DNA of 64,000 bases from Pseudomonadota bacterium. GTDB lineage: Bacteria; Pseudomonadota; Gammaproteobacteria; Xanthomonadales; Rhodanobacteraceae. How positions within the stretch are numbered: position 1 is the first letter of the stretch; each line of letters opens with the position of its first letter. Shown here piece by piece: positions 1 to 12,108 of this stretch. Under the pieces are notes generated by a model. That model worked only from the letters and a program-made list of their open reading frames with translations, had not been told where the DNA came from and made no database searches. The stretch covers positions 1,963 to 65,962 of the forward strand of contig JAJXWZ010000197.1 in the NCBI GenBank assembly GCA_021781345.1, written 5' to 3'. Made by a program: the position numbers and the translations under genes.

Positions 1-1406
1 GGCTGATGCCGCCCGCGGCCGCCAAGGCGGTGCTGGCGCTGGATATTCCAGGAGTCAACGCGCAACGGGAATACAAGCGCTACTACCCGGATGGCGCAGC
101 GACCGCGCACGTGCTTGGCTTCACCAACATCGACGATCACGGCCAGGAAGGGCTGGAGCTGGCCTACGACGGCTGGTTGGCCGGCAAGCCGGGCGAAAAG
201 CGGGTGATTCGCGACCGCCTGGGCCGCATCGTCGAGAACGTCGAACAGATCCACGCGCCGGTGCCCGGCCACGACCTCACGCTCAGCATCGACAGCCGCA
301 TCCAGTACCTCGCCTACCGGGCGCTAGCGGATGCCGTCGCCAAGCGCCATGCCGCGTCGGGGTCGATGGTGGTCCTCGATCCCCGCAACGGCGAAATCCT
401 GGCGATGGTCAACGTGCCCTCATACAACCCCAACGACCTGGACAACAGCAATCCGGCGCAGCGTCGCAACCGTGCGGTCACCGACGTGACCGAGCCCGGT
501 TCGACGATGAAGCCGTTCACCATCACCACTGCGCTGGAATCGGGCAAGTGGACGCCGACCACGATGATCGATACGGCTCCCGGCACGTTCACCATCGACG
601 GCCACCTGATTCGCGACGACAGCAACAACGGCCGCATCGACGTCACCCACGTCATCGCCTATTCCAGCAACGTCGGCGCGTCGAAGATTTCGCTCACGCT
701 GGCACCGCAACAGATGGACAAGGTGTTCCACGAGTTCGGCTTCGGCGCGAGTACCGGCAGCGGATTTCCGGGCGAGGTCGGTGGCTACATCCCGCCCCCG
801 CGCACCTGGGGCGATTTCGTCAAGGCCACGATCTCGTTCGGCTATGGCCTGAACGTAACCGCGCTGCAGCTCGCGCAGGCCTACGCGACGATCGCCGATG
901 GCGGGATCCGGCATGCCCCGACCTTCGTCAAGGGCGACGACAATCCGGGCGTGCGCGTGGAGCCCAGGCATGTCGCCGATGAAGTCATGACGATGCTGCG
1001 CGCCGTGGTCGGACCGCCGCCGGCCACCGCGCCACAGGCGGCCATCGCCGACTACACCGTCGCCGGCAAGACAGGCACGGCGCATATCGCCATCCCGGGC
1101 GGCTATGCCCGCGACCGTTACGACGCGCTGTTCTGCGGGATCGTGCCGGCCAGTGATCCGCGCCTGGTCGGAGTAGTGGTGATCCGCGATGCCGGCGGAC
1201 ACGGCGGGGAGTATTTCGGCGGCCAGGTTTCGGCCCCCGTCTTCCGCACAGTCCTGACCGGCGCGTTGCGGCTGCTCGACATCCCGCCCGACAACGTACA
1301 GCAATGGTATGCGGGTGGACCGGTGAGCCCCGCGACCGCGCCGCTGCCTGCGGTGTCGCCGCGCGCGGCGGCGGTCGCGCGCGCCGCCAAGGTAGGCGCG
1401 CCATGA
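1..1406 (+). CDS. ftsI: Peptidoglycan D,D-transpeptidase FtsI (PBP3), 5'-truncated by the window start
   Basis: ORF 6..1406 is open to the window edge. Transpeptidase motifs are STMKP (SxxK), YSSN (SxN) and KTGTA (KTG). It sits directly upstream of murE, and its stop overlaps the murE ATG (ATGA at 1403-1406). Confidence 0.9.
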   Translation, partial: LMPPAAAKAVLALDIPGVNAQREYKRYYPDGAATAHVLGFTNIDDHGQEGLELAYDGWLAGKPGEKRVIRDRLGRIVENVEQIHAPVPGHDLTLSIDSRIQYLAYRALADAVAKRHAASGSMVVLDPRNGEILAMVNVPSYNPNDLDNSNPAQRRNRAVTDVTEPGSTMKPFTITTALESGKWTPTTMIDTAPGTFTIDGHLIRDDSNNGRIDVTHVIAYSSNVGASKISLTLAPQQMDKVFHEFGFGASTGSGFPGEVGGYIPPPRTWGDFVKATISFGYGLNVTALQLAQAYATIADGGIRHAPTFVKGDDNPGVRVEPRHVADEVMTMLRAVVGPPPATAPQAAIADYTVAGKTGTAHIAIPGGYARDRYDALFCGIVPASDPRLVGVVVIRDAGGHGGEYFGGQVSAPVFRTVLTGALRLLDIPPDNVQQWYAGGPVSPATAPLPAVSPRAAAVARAAKVGAP

Positions 1407-2896
1407 CCTTGATGCGGCTGGACCGATTGCTGGCGGGGATTGCGGTGCCGGCCAAGGGCGACATCATGGTGTCCGGCCTGACGCTGGATTCGCGCAGCGT
1501 GCGGGACGGTGACGCTTTCGTCGCGCTGGCCGGGGCAAGACACCATGGAATCGAGTTCGCGCCGCTGGCTGCCCGGCAAGGCGCGGTCGCGGTGCTGGCC
1601 GAACCGGTGCCGGGCGCTGCTGCGCCGATCGCGTGCCCGCTCGTCTGGATCGAGGACCTGCGCTTGCATCTCGGCGCGATCGCGGCGCGCTTCCACGGCG
1701 ATCCGTCGGCGTCGATGACCGTGGCGGGCGTGACCGGTACCAACGGCAAGACCTCGACCGTGCAGTTGCTGGCGCAGGCGTTCGTCCATCTGGGCCGGCG
1801 CGCAGCGACCATCGGAACGCTTGGCTCCGGCATGCACGGCGCGCTCGACCCGGGCGAGCGCACGACGCCCGACGTGATCCGCGTGCACGCGCTGCTGGCG
1901 GAATTCCGCGCCGCCGGTGCGACCGATGTCGCGATGGAGGTGTCTTCGCACGCGCTCGACCAGCATCGCGTCGACGGCGTGCACTTCGATGTCGCCGTGT
2001 TCACCAACCTGACACGTGATCATCTCGACTACCACGGCACCATGGAGGCCTACGGCGCGGCCAAGGCCAAACTGTTCGACTGGCCCGGCCTGCGTGCCGC
2101 GGTGGTGAACGTCGACGATGCCTTCGGGCGGATGCTGGCCGAACGATTCGAAAGCCGTCTGCGTGGTTCGGACGGGCAACCGGGAAGGCTGCTTCGCTAC
2201 GGGATCGAATCCGCCGGCACCGAGGTACGCGCATGCAACGTGCGTACCCATTCCGAAGGCATCGATTTCGAACTCGTGATCGCTGGCCATGCGGACAAGG
2301 TGCGCAGCAAGCTGCTGGGTCACTTCAACGTCGCCAACCTGCTCGCGGTGGCCGGTGCGCTGTCCGCATTGGACGTGCCATTCGATAAAATCGTGGAGGC
2401 GCTGCAGGCGCTGGAACCGGTCGCGGGAAGGATGAACCGGCTGGGTGGCGGCGCCGCGCCGCTGATCGTGGTCGATTACTCGCATACGCCCGATGCGCTG
2501 GAGCAGGCGTTGACGACCCTGCGTGCGCATTGCGAGGGGCGCCTGGTCTGCGTGTTCGGCTGCGGCGGCGAGCGCGACGCCGGCAAACGCCCGTTGATGG
2601 GCGCGGTCGCCGAGCGCCTGGCCGACGTCGTGATCGTCACCGACGACAACCCGCGCGGAGAGGATGGTGATGCGATCGTCACCCAGATCGTGGCCGGCCT
2701 GTGCGCACCGGAACGTGCCCTGGTCGAGCGTGACCGCGAGCGCGCGATCGGGCTGGCGATCGAACGGGCACGTCCCGGCGACGTGGTCCTGATCGCGGGC
2801 AAGGGCCACGAGGCTTACCAGGAACGCGGCGGCGTCAGGCGCCCGTTCGACGATCTTCAGGTGGCGCGCACCACGCTGGAGGCCCGGCTATGCTGA
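1403..2896 (+). CDS. murE: UDP-N-acetylmuramoyl-L-alanyl-D-glutamate--2,6-diaminopimelate ligase MurE
   Basis: Internal ATG at 1403 (MTLMRLDRLL...) of ORF 1304..2896 overlaps the ftsI stop. Mur ligase P-loop GVTGTNGKTS is present, as is a DNPR motif near the C-terminus. dcw order fits. Confidence 0.92.
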   Translation: MTLMRLDRLLAGIAVPAKGDIMVSGLTLDSRSVRDGDAFVALAGARHHGIEFAPLAARQGAVAVLAEPVPGAAAPIACPLVWIEDLRLHLGAIAARFHGDPSASMTVAGVTGTNGKTSTVQLLAQAFVHLGRRAATIGTLGSGMHGALDPGERTTPDVIRVHALLAEFRAAGATDVAMEVSSHALDQHRVDGVHFDVAVFTNLTRDHLDYHGTMEAYGAAKAKLFDWPGLRAAVVNVDDAFGRMLAERFESRLRGSDGQPGRLLRYGIESAGTEVRACNVRTHSEGIDFELVIAGHADKVRSKLLGHFNVANLLAVAGALSALDVPFDKIVEALQALEPVAGRMNRLGGGAAPLIVVDYSHTPDALEQALTTLRAHCEGRLVCVFGCGGERDAGKRPLMGAVAERLADVVIVTDDNPRGEDGDAIVTQIVAGLCAPERALVERDRERAIGLAIERARPGDVVLIAGKGHEAYQERGGVRRPFDDLQVARTTLEARLC

Positions 2897-4260
2897 ATTT
2901 GCGCCTGAAGACGGTCGCGGTGTGGACGCACGGCAACCTGCAAGGGGCCGATGCCGGGATCCATGGCGTCTCCACCGATTCGCGCACGCTTGAAACGGGG
3001 CAGTTGTTCGTCGCGCTGGTCGGCGAAAGACACGATGGCCACGACCACGTCGCCGCGGCGGCGGCGCGGGGTGCCGCGGGTGCGATCGTGGCGCGGCGCG
3101 TGGATGTCGATCTTCCGCAAATCGTGGTGGCCGACACGTTGCACGCGCTGGGCGACCTGGCCAGCGCAGTGCGCGCGCAGCGCGACGTCACGGTGATAGG
3201 CATCACCGGGTCCAACGGCAAGACCAGCGTCAAGACGATGGTCGCGCGAATCCTCGCCCGCCACGGCAGGACGCACGCCACCGCCGGCAGCTTGAACAAC
3301 GAGATCGGGCTGCCGCTGACGTTGCTGAACATGCCCGAGGACACGCAATTCGCGGTGCTGGAAATGGGCGCGGGCAAGCCGGGTGACATCGCCTACCTGG
3401 CCGCGATCGCGCGTCCGCGCGTAGGCCTGGTCAACAACATCGGACCGGCGCACCTGGAACGCATGCACACGCTGGAAGGCATCGCCGAGACCAAGGGCGC
3501 GATGTACCAGGCATTGCCCGCCGACGGCGTTGCCGTGATCAACGCCGATGATGCTTTCGCGATGTACTTTTCAGGACTGGCCGGGTCGCGACGCAAGATC
3601 CGTTTCGGACTGGAAACGCCGGCGGACGTGTCGGCGCGCGACATCGCATTGGACGCGCAAGGCAGCCGCTTCACCCTGGAAACGCCCGTCGGCGAGGTGA
3701 CGGTCAACCTGCCGCTGCCGGGCCGGCACAACGTCGCCAATGCGCTGGCTGCGGCCGCGCTGGCGCTGGCGGAGGGGGTGCCGCTGAAGGTCATCGTCGC
3801 CGGTCTGGGGGAAGCCAAGTCGGTGGACGGACGCCTGCTGCGGCGCGCTTCGCCGCAAGGCTGGGTGTTGTTCGACGACAGTTACAACGCCAATCCGGGC
3901 TCTGCGCTCGCGGCGGTGGCGACGCTGGCCCTGCAGCCCGGCGCGCGCTGGCTGGTGCTGGGCGACATGGGCGAACTGGGTCCGGATGCAGCGGCGCTGC
4001 ACGCGCGCATCGGCCAGGCCGCGCGCGCCCAGGGCATCGCTCGCGTGTACACGGTCGGCAAACTGGCGGCGTACGCGGCGCAGGCGTTCGGCAAGGATGC
4101 GCGCACATTCGCGGATCAGGCCGCCTTGATCGCCGCGTTGCGGCAGGAACTGCACGCCGGGGTCAGCGTACTGGTGAAAGGTTCGCACGCTGCGCACATG
4201 GAGCGCGTGGTGGAAGCGCTGCTGGACGGCAACGCGGGGGGCGACAGGCATGCTGCTTGA
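2890..4260 (+). CDS. murF: UDP-N-acetylmuramoyl-tripeptide--D-alanyl-D-alanine ligase MurF
   Basis: 456-aa ORF with P-loop [10 protein letters not shown]. It overlaps the murE stop and the mraY start, and its dcw position fits. Confidence 0.92.
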   Translation: MLNLRLKTVAVWTHGNLQGADAGIHGVSTDSRTLETGQLFVALVGERHDGHDHVAAAAARGAAGAIVARRVDVDLPQIVVADTLHALGDLASAVRAQRDVTVIGITGSNGKTSVKTMVARILARHGRTHATAGSLNNEIGLPLTLLNMPEDTQFAVLEMGAGKPGDIAYLAAIARPRVGLVNNIGPAHLERMHTLEGIAETKGAMYQALPADGVAVINADDAFAMYFSGLAGSRRKIRFGLETPADVSARDIALDAQGSRFTLETPVGEVTVNLPLPGRHNVANALAAAALALAEGVPLKVIVAGLGEAKSVDGRLLRRASPQGWVLFDDSYNANPGSALAAVATLALQPGARWLVLGDMGELGPDAAALHARIGQAARAQGIARVYTVGKLAAYAAQAFGKDARTFADQAALIAALRQELHAGVSVLVKGSHAAHMERVVEALLDGNAGGDRHAA

Positions 4261-5332
4261 TCTCGCCCACTGGCTCGAACGTTACTTCGGCGCGTTCCGC
4301 CTGTTCGACTACATTACGTTCCGCACAATCATGGCGGCGCTGACCGGGTTGCTGGTGGCGCTCTTCAGCGGGCCGGCGGTGATCCGCCGCCTGACCGAAC
4401 TCAAGGCCGGCCAGGTGGTGCGCCACGACGGTCCACAAACACACCTGTCCAAGGCCGGGACCCCGACGATGGGTGGGGTGCTGATCATCGCCGCGGTCGT
4501 GATCGCGACGTTGCTTTGGGGCGACCTGCGCAGCCGATACCTGTGGGTGGTGCTGCTGGTGACTCTCGGCTGCGGCCTGATCGGTTTCTACGACGATTAC
4601 CGCAAGCTGATCCTGAAGGATCCGCACGGGCTGCCGGCGCGCTGGAAATACCTCGCGCAATCCGTGGTCGGACTGGCCGCCGCGCTGTTCCTGTTCCACA
4701 CGGCGAACGTGCCGGCGGCCACCGCGTTGTTCGTGCCGTTGTTCAAGCACGTCGCGATTCCGCTGGGTGCGGGTTTCGTGCTGGTCGCCTACCTGTGGAT
4801 CGTGGGGTTTTCCAACGCGGTGAACCTCACCGATGGCCTGGACGGCCTCGCGATCATGCCGGCGGTGCTGGTCGCGGCGGCGCTCGGGGCCTTCGCCTAC
4901 CTCGCGGGCAACGCGGTGTTCTCGACGTATCTCGGCATTCCTTCGATTCCGGGTGCCGGCGAACTCAGCATCTTCTGCGGCGCGCTGGTCGGCGCGGGGC
5001 TCGGATTCCTGTGGTTCAACACGTATCCCGCGCAGGTGTTCATGGGCGACGTCGGTGCGCTCGCGATCGGGGCGGCGATCGGCTGCGTCGCCGTGATCGT
5101 GCGCCAGGAAATCATCCTGTTGGTGATGGGCGGCCTGTTCGTGGTGGAAACCGCGTCGGTGATGCTGCAGGTCGGCAGCTTCAAGCTGCGCGGCAAACGC
5201 GTGTTCCGGATGGCGCCGATCCACCACCACTACGAACTCAAGGGCTGGCCCGAGCCGCGCGTGATCGTGCGCTTCTGGATCGTCTCGGTGGTGCTGGTGC
5301 TGATTGGTCTCGCGACATTGAAGGTGCGTTGA
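4250..5332 (+). CDS. mraY: Phospho-N-acetylmuramoyl-pentapeptide transferase MraY
   Basis: 360-aa polytopic membrane ORF. Typical MraY blocks are [13 protein letters not shown], the [10 protein letters not shown] region and [12 protein letters not shown]. Confidence 0.95.
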   Translation: MLLDLAHWLERYFGAFRLFDYITFRTIMAALTGLLVALFSGPAVIRRLTELKAGQVVRHDGPQTHLSKAGTPTMGGVLIIAAVVIATLLWGDLRSRYLWVVLLVTLGCGLIGFYDDYRKLILKDPHGLPARWKYLAQSVVGLAAALFLFHTANVPAATALFVPLFKHVAIPLGAGFVLVAYLWIVGFSNAVNLTDGLDGLAIMPAVLVAAALGAFAYLAGNAVFSTYLGIPSIPGAGELSIFCGALVGAGLGFLWFNTYPAQVFMGDVGALAIGAAIGCVAVIVRQEIILLVMGGLFVVETASVMLQVGSFKLRGKRVFRMAPIHHHYELKGWPEPRVIVRFWIVSVVLVLIGLATLKVR

Positions 5333-5334
5333 GC

Positions 5335-6615
5335 ATGGTCTGGTTCGGTCAGTCTCAGGCAGTCCGCAGGTACGGACCGGAAGGCCGCCACGATCCGTGG
5401 CTGCTGCTGGCGATCGTTTGCCTGGTGGCTTTCGGCATCGTGATGATCGCGTCGAGTTCGATTGCGGTGGCCGACGGCCAGCACATCGGCCAGTTCCATT
5501 ACCTGAAGCGTCACATCGTGCTTTTGCTGGTGGGCGGGGCTTGTGCGGCGTTCATCGCCATGCGCGTGGAACTGGACAGGCTGGAGAATTTCTCCGGATG
5601 GTTGATGCTCGGCACGTTCGCGCTGCTGGTGCTGGTGTTCATCCCGCACCTCGGCATGCGCATCAACGGCGCGCGCCGCTGGATCAACCTCGGCGTCTCG
5701 GGATTCCAGCCGGTCGAGCTGGCCAAGCTGACCGTGGTGCTGTACGTCGCGAGCTACCTGGTGCGCCACCGCGACAGCGTGGAGACCCGCTTCCTCGGTG
5801 CGGTGAAGCCGGTGCTGGTCGCGGGACTCACCGCCATCTTGCTGCTGGCGCAGCCCGACTTCGGATCGGCCGCGCTGATCGGCGTGGTCACGATCGGCAT
5901 GCTGTGGCTGGGCGGTGCGCGCATGCGCAACCTCCTGATCATGGGCCTGCCGATGATTCCGCTGGGCGCTTACCTCGCGCTGTCCACGGACTATCGCGTG
6001 AGGCGGCTGACCTCGTTCCTCGATCCGTGGAAGGATCCCTTCAACAACGGCTTCCAGCTGACCCAGGCGCTGATCGCGGTGGGGCGCGGAAAGTGGTTCG
6101 GAGTCGGTCTCGGCGGCAGCGTGCAGAAGCTGTTCTACCTGCCGGAGGCGCACACCGACTTCATCCTGGCGGTGATCGCCGAGGAGTTGGGATTCGCAGG
6201 CATCCTGTTCGTGCTCGCCATGTTCGCGCTGCTGGTCGGGCGTGGCCTGCAACTCGGCCTGCGCGGCGTGGAGGTCGGCCAGCATCGGGCCGGGTACATC
6301 GCGTTCGGCATCTCGCTGATGCTGGGCCTGCAGGCGCTGGTATCGGTCGGGGTGAACCTCGGGGTGTTGCCGACCAAGGGCCTGACCCTGCCGCTGATCA
6401 GCTCGGGCGGCTCCAGCACCTTGATGACATGCGTGATGCTGGGGGTGCTGCTGCGCGCGGGGTATGAAATCCACCGCGCCGAGGATGCGCGGCGGATGGC
6501 GACCCGGCGCGCGCAAACGACGACGCGTCCCGTCACGCTCGAACGTCCCTCGAAAGAATTGCCATTGGCCGCGCGGGATCGAGTCGAGCCATCGTTCGAG
6601 GAGGCGCACGCATGA
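5335..6615 (+). CDS. ftsW: Peptidoglycan glycosyltransferase / lipid II flippase-type SEDS protein FtsW
   Basis: In-frame ATG at 5335, just after the mraY stop, inside long ORF 4516..6615. Multi-TM SEDS sequence includes [17 protein letters not shown] and [17 protein letters not shown]. Confidence 0.9.
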   Translation: MVWFGQSQAVRRYGPEGRHDPWLLLAIVCLVAFGIVMIASSSIAVADGQHIGQFHYLKRHIVLLLVGGACAAFIAMRVELDRLENFSGWLMLGTFALLVLVFIPHLGMRINGARRWINLGVSGFQPVELAKLTVVLYVASYLVRHRDSVETRFLGAVKPVLVAGLTAILLLAQPDFGSAALIGVVTIGMLWLGGARMRNLLIMGLPMIPLGAYLALSTDYRVRRLTSFLDPWKDPFNNGFQLTQALIAVGRGKWFGVGLGGSVQKLFYLPEAHTDFILAVIAEELGFAGILFVLAMFALLVGRGLQLGLRGVEVGQHRAGYIAFGISLMLGLQALVSVGVNLGVLPTKGLTLPLISSGGSSTLMTCVMLGVLLRAGYEIHRAEDARRMATRRAQTTTRPVTLERPSKELPLAARDRVEPSFEEAHA

Positions 6616-7700
6616 GCGGCGACGTGCAGGCGCCTGTCCTGATCATGGCCGGCGGCACCGGCGGGCACATCTTCCCCGGTCTCGCGGTCGCGGCGGCATT
6701 GCGCGCTCGCGACGTGCCGGTGTTGTGGCTGGGCGCGAGGGGCGGCATGGAAACCCGGATCGTCCCGGAGCATCACATCGAGATGCATGCCGTGCCGGTG
6801 CGCGGATTGCGTGGCAAGGGACTCGGCCAGCGCCTCGCGGCGCCATGGATGCTGGCGCGCGCCTGCCTGTCGGCGTGGCGCGTGTTGCGCGAAGCGCGAC
6901 CGCGCAGCGTGTTGTCGCTGGGAGGCTACGTGGCCGGTCCGGGCGGATTGGCAGCGTGGCTGCAGCGCCGGCCTTTGCTGGTCCACGAGCAGAACCGTGT
7001 CGTCGGTTTCACCAACCGCGTGCTTGCGCGATGCGCGAGCAAGGTGATGAGCGGATTTCCGGATGCGTTTCCGGCGCGCCGGCATGCCGAGTGGACCGGC
7101 AATCCGGTACGCGCGGATATCGCGGCACTGCCGGCGCCGTCGGCACGATTCGCCGGTCGCACCGGCGCGCCGCGCGTGCTGGTGCTGGGCGGCAGTTTGG
7201 GCGCGCGCACGTTGAACCTGGGATTGCCCGATGCGCTGTCGCGGATTCCTTTCGACCGCCGGCCCGAGGTGCTGCACCAGTGCGGCACCGCGCACCTCGA
7301 GGCAACCCGCGCGGCCTATGCCCGCGCGAACGTCGCGGCGACAGTCGAACCGTTCATTACCGACATGGCCTCGGCGTATGCATGGGCCGACGTCGTGATC
7401 TGCCGGGCTGGGGCGCTGACGCTGGCGGAACTCGCCGCGGCCGGACTGGGTGCGATCCTGATGCCCTTCCCGCACGCGGTCGATGATCACCAGACGCGTA
7501 ATGCCGAGGGCTTCGTCGCGGCTGGTGCCGCCGAACTGGTGCAGGACCGCGACTTCGAGGCGTCGCGCTTCGCGGGCATGCTCGAGCGCCTGTTGCGCGA
7601 TCCGGACAAGCGTCTGGCCATGGCCCACGCCGCGCGCACGTTGGCCAAGCCCGATGCCGCCGACGTGATCGCCCGGCGTTGCATGGAGGTGGCCGCATGA
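6612..7700 (+). CDS. murG: UDP-N-acetylglucosamine--N-acetylmuramyl-(pentapeptide) pyrophosphoryl-undecaprenol GlcNAc transferase MurG
   Basis: 362-aa ORF with N-terminal [14 protein letters not shown] motif. ATGA overlaps with ftsW and murC. Confidence 0.95.
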   Translation: MSGDVQAPVLIMAGGTGGHIFPGLAVAAALRARDVPVLWLGARGGMETRIVPEHHIEMHAVPVRGLRGKGLGQRLAAPWMLARACLSAWRVLREARPRSVLSLGGYVAGPGGLAAWLQRRPLLVHEQNRVVGFTNRVLARCASKVMSGFPDAFPARRHAEWTGNPVRADIAALPAPSARFAGRTGAPRVLVLGGSLGARTLNLGLPDALSRIPFDRRPEVLHQCGTAHLEATRAAYARANVAATVEPFITDMASAYAWADVVICRAGALTLAELAAAGLGAILMPFPHAVDDHQTRNAEGFVAAGAAELVQDRDFEASRFAGMLERLLRDPDKRLAMAHAARTLAKPDAADVIARRCMEVAA

Positions 7701-9136
7701 CGCCGCACCGCCTGCCGCCCCACGGCGACATCATGCAGGCCTTCCGCCGCGTGCATTTCATCGGCATCGGCGGTGCCGGCATGAGCGGTATCGCCGAGGT
7801 GCTGCACACACTCGGCTACGACGTTTCGGGTTCCGACCGCGCGGCATCGCCGGTCACCGAGCGACTCGCGAAGATGGGCGTCGACGTCGCGATCGGCCAC
7901 GATGCGGCCCACGTCGCCAACGTCGATGCGGTCGTGGTATCCAGCGCCATCAAGCCCGACAATTCCGAACTCCTGGCCGCCGAGGCGCGCCGGATCCCGG
8001 TGGTGCCGCGCGCCGAGATGCTCGGCGAGTTGATGCGCTTCCGACGCGGCATTGCGGTGGCGGGTTCGCACGGCAAGACCACCACCACCAGCCTCACCGC
8101 CAGCGTGCTGGCCGAGGCCGGCTACGACCCGACCTTCGTGATCGGCGGTCAGCTGCTCTCGGCCGGCGCCAATGCGCGCCTGGGCGCGGGCACGTACCTC
8201 GTGGCCGAGGCCGACGAATCCGACGGTTCGTTCCTGAAGCTGTCGCCGGTCATCGCGGTGGTCACCAACATCGATGCCGATCACCTGGATCACTACCACG
8301 GCGACTTCGCCGAGCTGAAGCAGGCGTTCGCGGACTTCCTGCATCGCCTGCCGTTCTACGGGCTGGCCGTGCTTTGCGTGGACAATCCGGAAGTCGCGGA
8401 ACTCGCGCAACGCACGCCGCGTTCGATCCTCACTTACGGCATCGATCGCTCGGCCGACGTTCGCGGGGCCAACCTGCGCGCGGAAGGTGCACGCACGCAT
8501 TTCGACCTGCTGCTGCCGGGCCAGCCCAGCTTGCCGGTCACGCTCAACCTGCCGGGCCGCCACAACGTGTCGAACGCGCTGGCCGCAGCCACCATCGGCT
8601 GGCACCTCGGCGTGGAGCCCTACGCGATCGCGCGTGCGCTGGAACGCTTCCAGGGGGTCGGCCGACGCTTCCACATCGACGGCGAACTGCCGATCGATCA
8701 CGGCAAGGTCCTGTTGGTCGACGATTACGGCCACCATCCGCGCGAAATCGAGGCGGTGATGGAAGCCGCACGCGAAGGCTGGCCCGAGCGGCGGCTGGTG
8801 ATCGCGTTCCAGCCGCACCGCTACACCCGCACGCGCGACCTGATGGACGACTTCGCCAACGTGCTGTGCGAAGCGGACGTACTGGTGCTGACCGATGTCT
8901 ATCCGGCTGGCGAATCGCCGATCGCGGGTGCCGATGGTCGCGCGCTGGCGCGTGCGGTGCGCGCGCGCGGCAAGGTCGATCCGGTGTTCATCGAGCATCC
9001 GCGCGAGCTGGGCGAGGCGCTGCCGGCGTTGCTGAACGACGGTGACCTGCTGTTGCTGCTGGGCGCCGGCGACATCGGCGCATCGGCAAGCGAGCTGGCG
9101 CGACGCGGGCACCTGAGGTCGGAGGACGCCGCATGA
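7697..9136 (+). CDS. murC: UDP-N-acetylmuramate--L-alanine ligase MurC
   Basis: ATG at 7697 overlaps the murG stop. Motifs are [17 protein letters not shown] and the P-loop [10 protein letters not shown]. The ORF track start at 7679 is an alternative. Confidence 0.92.
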   Translation: MTPHRLPPHGDIMQAFRRVHFIGIGGAGMSGIAEVLHTLGYDVSGSDRAASPVTERLAKMGVDVAIGHDAAHVANVDAVVVSSAIKPDNSELLAAEARRIPVVPRAEMLGELMRFRRGIAVAGSHGKTTTTSLTASVLAEAGYDPTFVIGGQLLSAGANARLGAGTYLVAEADESDGSFLKLSPVIAVVTNIDADHLDHYHGDFAELKQAFADFLHRLPFYGLAVLCVDNPEVAELAQRTPRSILTYGIDRSADVRGANLRAEGARTHFDLLLPGQPSLPVTLNLPGRHNVSNALAAATIGWHLGVEPYAIARALERFQGVGRRFHIDGELPIDHGKVLLVDDYGHHPREIEAVMEAAREGWPERRLVIAFQPHRYTRTRDLMDDFANVLCEADVLVLTDVYPAGESPIAGADGRALARAVRARGKVDPVFIEHPRELGEALPALLNDGDLLLLLGAGDIGASASELARRGHLRSEDAA

Positions 9137-10098
9137 CCGCACGAAACGCCAAGCGGCGCATCACCGACGCGCGCGACTTCGGTCGCGTCGCAGTGGTGAT
9201 GGGCGGCAGTTCGTCCGAGCGCGAGGTATCGCTGGACTCCGGGCGCGGCGTGCTGGCGGCGTTGAAGGGCCGTGGCGTGGACGCGCATGCGATCGACGGC
9301 ATACCCGCGCTGCTGGACGCCGTGCGCGCCGGCCACTTCGCGCGCGTGTTCAACATCCTGCACGGCCAGCACGGCGGCGGCGAGGATGGGGTGCTGCAGG
9401 GCGCGCTGGATTCGCTGCACGTTCCCTACACCGGGTCCGGGGTGCTAGGTTCGGCGCTGTCAATGGACAAGGTGCGCAGCAAGTGGGTATGGAACGCGCT
9501 GGGCTTGCCGACCCCCGCGTTCGTGCCGCTGCCGCGCGGTTCGGACGTGCACGTGGCGGCGCGCAAGCTCGGGTTCCCGTTGATCGTGAAGCCCGCCTCG
9601 GAAGGATCCAGCGTCGGCGTGTCGCGCGTGTTCGACGAGAAGGATCTGGACGCCGCGGTCGCGCTGGGTGGACGCTATCCGGGCGACCTACTGATGGAAA
9701 CCCTGGTTCAGGGCGGGGAATTCACCGTCTCGATCCTCAAGGACGAAGTCCTTCCCAGCATCAAGATCGTGCCGAAAGGCGAGTACTACGACTACAACGC
9801 CAAGTATCTCGCCGAAGACACGCAATACATCTGTCCCGGGCTCGACGGCGACGCCGAAGGCAACCTGCGTGCGCTGGCCCGGCAAGCGTTCGATGCGCTG
9901 GGCTGCTCGGGTTGGGGCCGGGTCGACGTGATGCGCGACCGCGATGGCCGCAACTGGCTGCTGGAAGTGAACACGGCGCCGGGCATGACTTCGCATTCGC
10001 TGGTGCCGAAAGCCGCCGAGGCGGCCGGCATCGACTACCCGGAACTGTGCTGGCGCGTGCTGGAAACGAGCTTCGACGGCGAAGGAGGCGCGGCATGA
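9133..10098 (+). CDS. ddl: D-alanine--D-alanine ligase
   Basis: 321-aa ATP-grasp ORF ([49 protein letters not shown]). ATGA overlaps on both sides. Confidence 0.93.
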   Translation: MTARNAKRRITDARDFGRVAVVMGGSSSEREVSLDSGRGVLAALKGRGVDAHAIDGIPALLDAVRAGHFARVFNILHGQHGGGEDGVLQGALDSLHVPYTGSGVLGSALSMDKVRSKWVWNALGLPTPAFVPLPRGSDVHVAARKLGFPLIVKPASEGSSVGVSRVFDEKDLDAAVALGGRYPGDLLMETLVQGGEFTVSILKDEVLPSIKIVPKGEYYDYNAKYLAEDTQYICPGLDGDAEGNLRALARQAFDALGCSGWGRVDVMRDRDGRNWLLEVNTAPGMTSHSLVPKAAEAAGIDYPELCWRVLETSFDGEGGAA

Positions 10099-10865
10099 AG
10101 GGCGCCATCGGCCTGCGCTTCGCCGCCTGGATCGTCGCGATCACGCTGGTCGCGTTGCCGGTCGTCGGCGTGCTGCAGGGCTGGTTCGCGGCGGACCGTT
10201 GGCCGGTGCGACAGCTGCAGGTGCACGCGACCTTCCGGCACGTCAGCGCGGCCGAATTGCGTGCCGCGGTGGCGCCGTCGCTGGGCGCGGGATTTTTCGC
10301 GATCGACCTCGACCAGGTGCGCGACGCGGTGGCGGCGTTGCCCTGGGTCGCGGGAGTCGAGGTGAGCAAGCATTGGCCGGATGCGCTCGACATCACCGTT
10401 ACCGAAGTCGATCCGGTCGCGCGTTGGGGCGGCGATGCCCTGCTCTCGCGCGACGGCCGCATATTCAAGGTGCCCGATCCCGGCGTGGTCAACGGGCTGC
10501 CGCAGTTCAAAGCTCCCGACGACCGGGTCGCGGACGTAAGGGCGTTCTATCGCACCGCCCAGGTCGATTTCGCGCCGTACAACCTGCGCGTCGCCGAGGT
10601 GGACCTGTCCGCGCGCGGAAGCTGGAACCTGGTGCTCTCCGACCAGGCACGCGTGACCGTAGGCGACAACCAACCCGACCAGCGCCTCGCACGCTTCGTC
10701 GCGGCGCTGCCGGTCCTGATGCGCGGCCGCAGCGACGGCTTCGTCTACGCCGACCTGCGCTACAGCAACGGCTTCGCGGTGCGCTGGCCAGGCCAGGCGG
10801 CCGCACCTGCTCCCAACCAACCTGCCAATGGGGTGAATTCCCATGTTGTTGACGGAAACGTTTAG
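10095..10865 (+). CDS. ftsQ: Cell division protein FtsQ
   Basis: ATG at 10095 overlaps the ddl stop. One N-terminal TM helix ([19 protein letters not shown]) is followed by a POTRA-like region. It lies between ddl and ftsA. The sequence itself is poorly conserved, so the call is mostly positional. Confidence 0.85.
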   Translation: MKGAIGLRFAAWIVAITLVALPVVGVLQGWFAADRWPVRQLQVHATFRHVSAAELRAAVAPSLGAGFFAIDLDQVRDAVAALPWVAGVEVSKHWPDALDITVTEVDPVARWGGDALLSRDGRIFKVPDPGVVNGLPQFKAPDDRVADVRAFYRTAQVDFAPYNLRVAEVDLSARGSWNLVLSDQARVTVGDNQPDQRLARFVAALPVLMRGRSDGFVYADLRYSNGFAVRWPGQAAAPAPNQPANGVNSHVVDGNV

Positions 10866-10869
10866 ACCC

Positions 10870-12108
10870 ATGAATCGCAAGAGCGACAAGCATCTGGTCG
10901 TCGGGCTCGACATCGGCACTTCCAAGGTGATGGCGATCGTCGGCGAATACATGCCCGGCGAACCGATCGAGGTCATCGGCGTCGGCAGCCACACCTCGCG
11001 CGGCATGAAGAAAGGTGTGGTGGTCGAGATCGAGTCCAATGTGAACTCGATCCAGCGTGCGGTCGAGGAGGCCGGACAGATGGCCGGTTGCGACATCCGT
11101 TCGGTGTGCGCGTCGATTTCCGGCAGCCACCTGGAAACCCACAACTCCCGCGGCACCGCGCCGATCCGAGATCGGGAGGTCGCGGCCGGCGACCTCGACC
11201 AGGTACTGGAATCGGCCAGCGCGGTGGCGATTCCGGCAGACCGCAAGGTGCTGTTCAAGGAACCACAGGAATACCGCATCGACGGACAGGACGGCATCCG
11301 CCATCCGGTCGGCATGAGCGGCGTGCGGCTGGAAGCCGGCGTGCACCTCGTCACCGGGGCAGCCTCGGCGGTGCAGAACATCACCAAGTGCATCCAGCGC
11401 TGTGGCCTCGCGGTGGACGACCTGGTGCCATCCGCCGTGGCCTCGTCCAAGGCGGTGCTGACCGACGACGAACGCGAGCTGGGCGTGTGCGTGGTTGATC
11501 TGGGCGCCGGTACCACCGACATCGCGATCTACACGCACGGATCGATCCGCTACACCAAGTCGCTGCCGGTCGGCGGCGACCAGGTGACCTCCGACATTTC
11601 GCAATACGTGCAGACGCCCACCGCGAATGCCGAGGAAATCAAGGTGAAGTACGGCTGCGCGCTGGCACAGCTGGCACGCGGCGAGGAAACCATACAGGTG
11701 CCGAGCGTGGGCGAGCGTCCACCGCGGCGCCTGCAGCGGCAGGCGCTGGCGCAGTCGATCCAGGCGCGCTACGAGGAAATCTTCGAAATGGTGCAGGACG
11801 AGATGCGCCGTTCGGGCTACGAGAACCTGCTGGCGGCCGGCGTGGTACTGACCGGCGGCGCTTCGCGCATCGAGGGTGCGCTGTACCTGGCCGAGGAAGT
11901 GTTCCACAAGATGGTGCGCTTGGGCGTGCCGCAACACGTCAGTGGCGCGACCGAGGTGATCGCCACGCCCGCCAATGCGGCTGGCGTCGGCCTGCTGCTG
12001 CACGGTTCGCGCGTGCACGGCTCGAACCGGGTGATGGGGGGTGCGGTCGGCGACAGCGTGGTCGGCGCGATCGGCAAAGTGAAGGGTTGGCTGCATCGGA
12101 ATTTTTGA
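10870..12108 (+). CDS. ftsA: Cell division protein FtsA (actin-like ATPase)
   Basis: ATG at 10870 gives HLVVGLDIGTSKVMAIVGE near the N-terminus, and later VVDLGAGTTDIAIY. The ORF track start at 10843 is an alternative. Confidence 0.93.
   Translation: MNRKSDKHLVVGLDIGTSKVMAIVGEYMPGEPIEVIGVGSHTSRGMKKGVVVEIESNVNSIQRAVEEAGQMAGCDIRSVCASISGSHLETHNSRGTAPIRDREVAAGDLDQVLESASAVAIPADRKVLFKEPQEYRIDGQDGIRHPVGMSGVRLEAGVHLVTGAASAVQNITKCIQRCGLAVDDLVPSAVASSKAVLTDDERELGVCVVDLGAGTTDIAIYTHGSIRYTKSLPVGGDQVTSDISQYVQTPTANAEEIKVKYGCALAQLARGEETIQVPSVGERPPRRLQRQALAQSIQARYEEIFEMVQDEMRRSGYENLLAAGVVLTGGASRIEGALYLAEEVFHKMVRLGVPQHVSGATEVIATPANAAGVGLLLHGSRVHGSNRVMGGAVGDSVVGAIGKVKGWLHRNF

Noticed and set aside
1118-2809. 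Long antisense ORFs opposite housekeeping genes: 1118..2809, 7487..9142, 10035..11522, 10507..12186, 16807..18528, 31055..33172, 33249..34742, 35869..38319 and 52445..54046 on the minus strand, plus 53858..55756 and 24269..25531 on the plus strand
   Set aside because: Their translations are dominated by R/A/G/P/H runs with no family motifs. Each is opposite a gene with clear motifs (mur genes, ftsA, secA, kdpA/B/D, S9 peptidase, dxs). High GC content suppresses stop codons in non-coding frames.
4516-5334. 5' extensions of composite ORFs running through upstream genes in another frame: 4516..6615, 9483..10865, 14374..16593, 26095..28122, 29065..30780, 42414..44567, 43382..44998, 41224..42750 and 51626..53851
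   Set aside because: The extensions overlap well-supported neighbouring genes out of frame and are low-complexity. In each case an internal ATG placed at or next to the upstream gene's stop gives a protein with a normal N-terminus, so the shorter forms were called.
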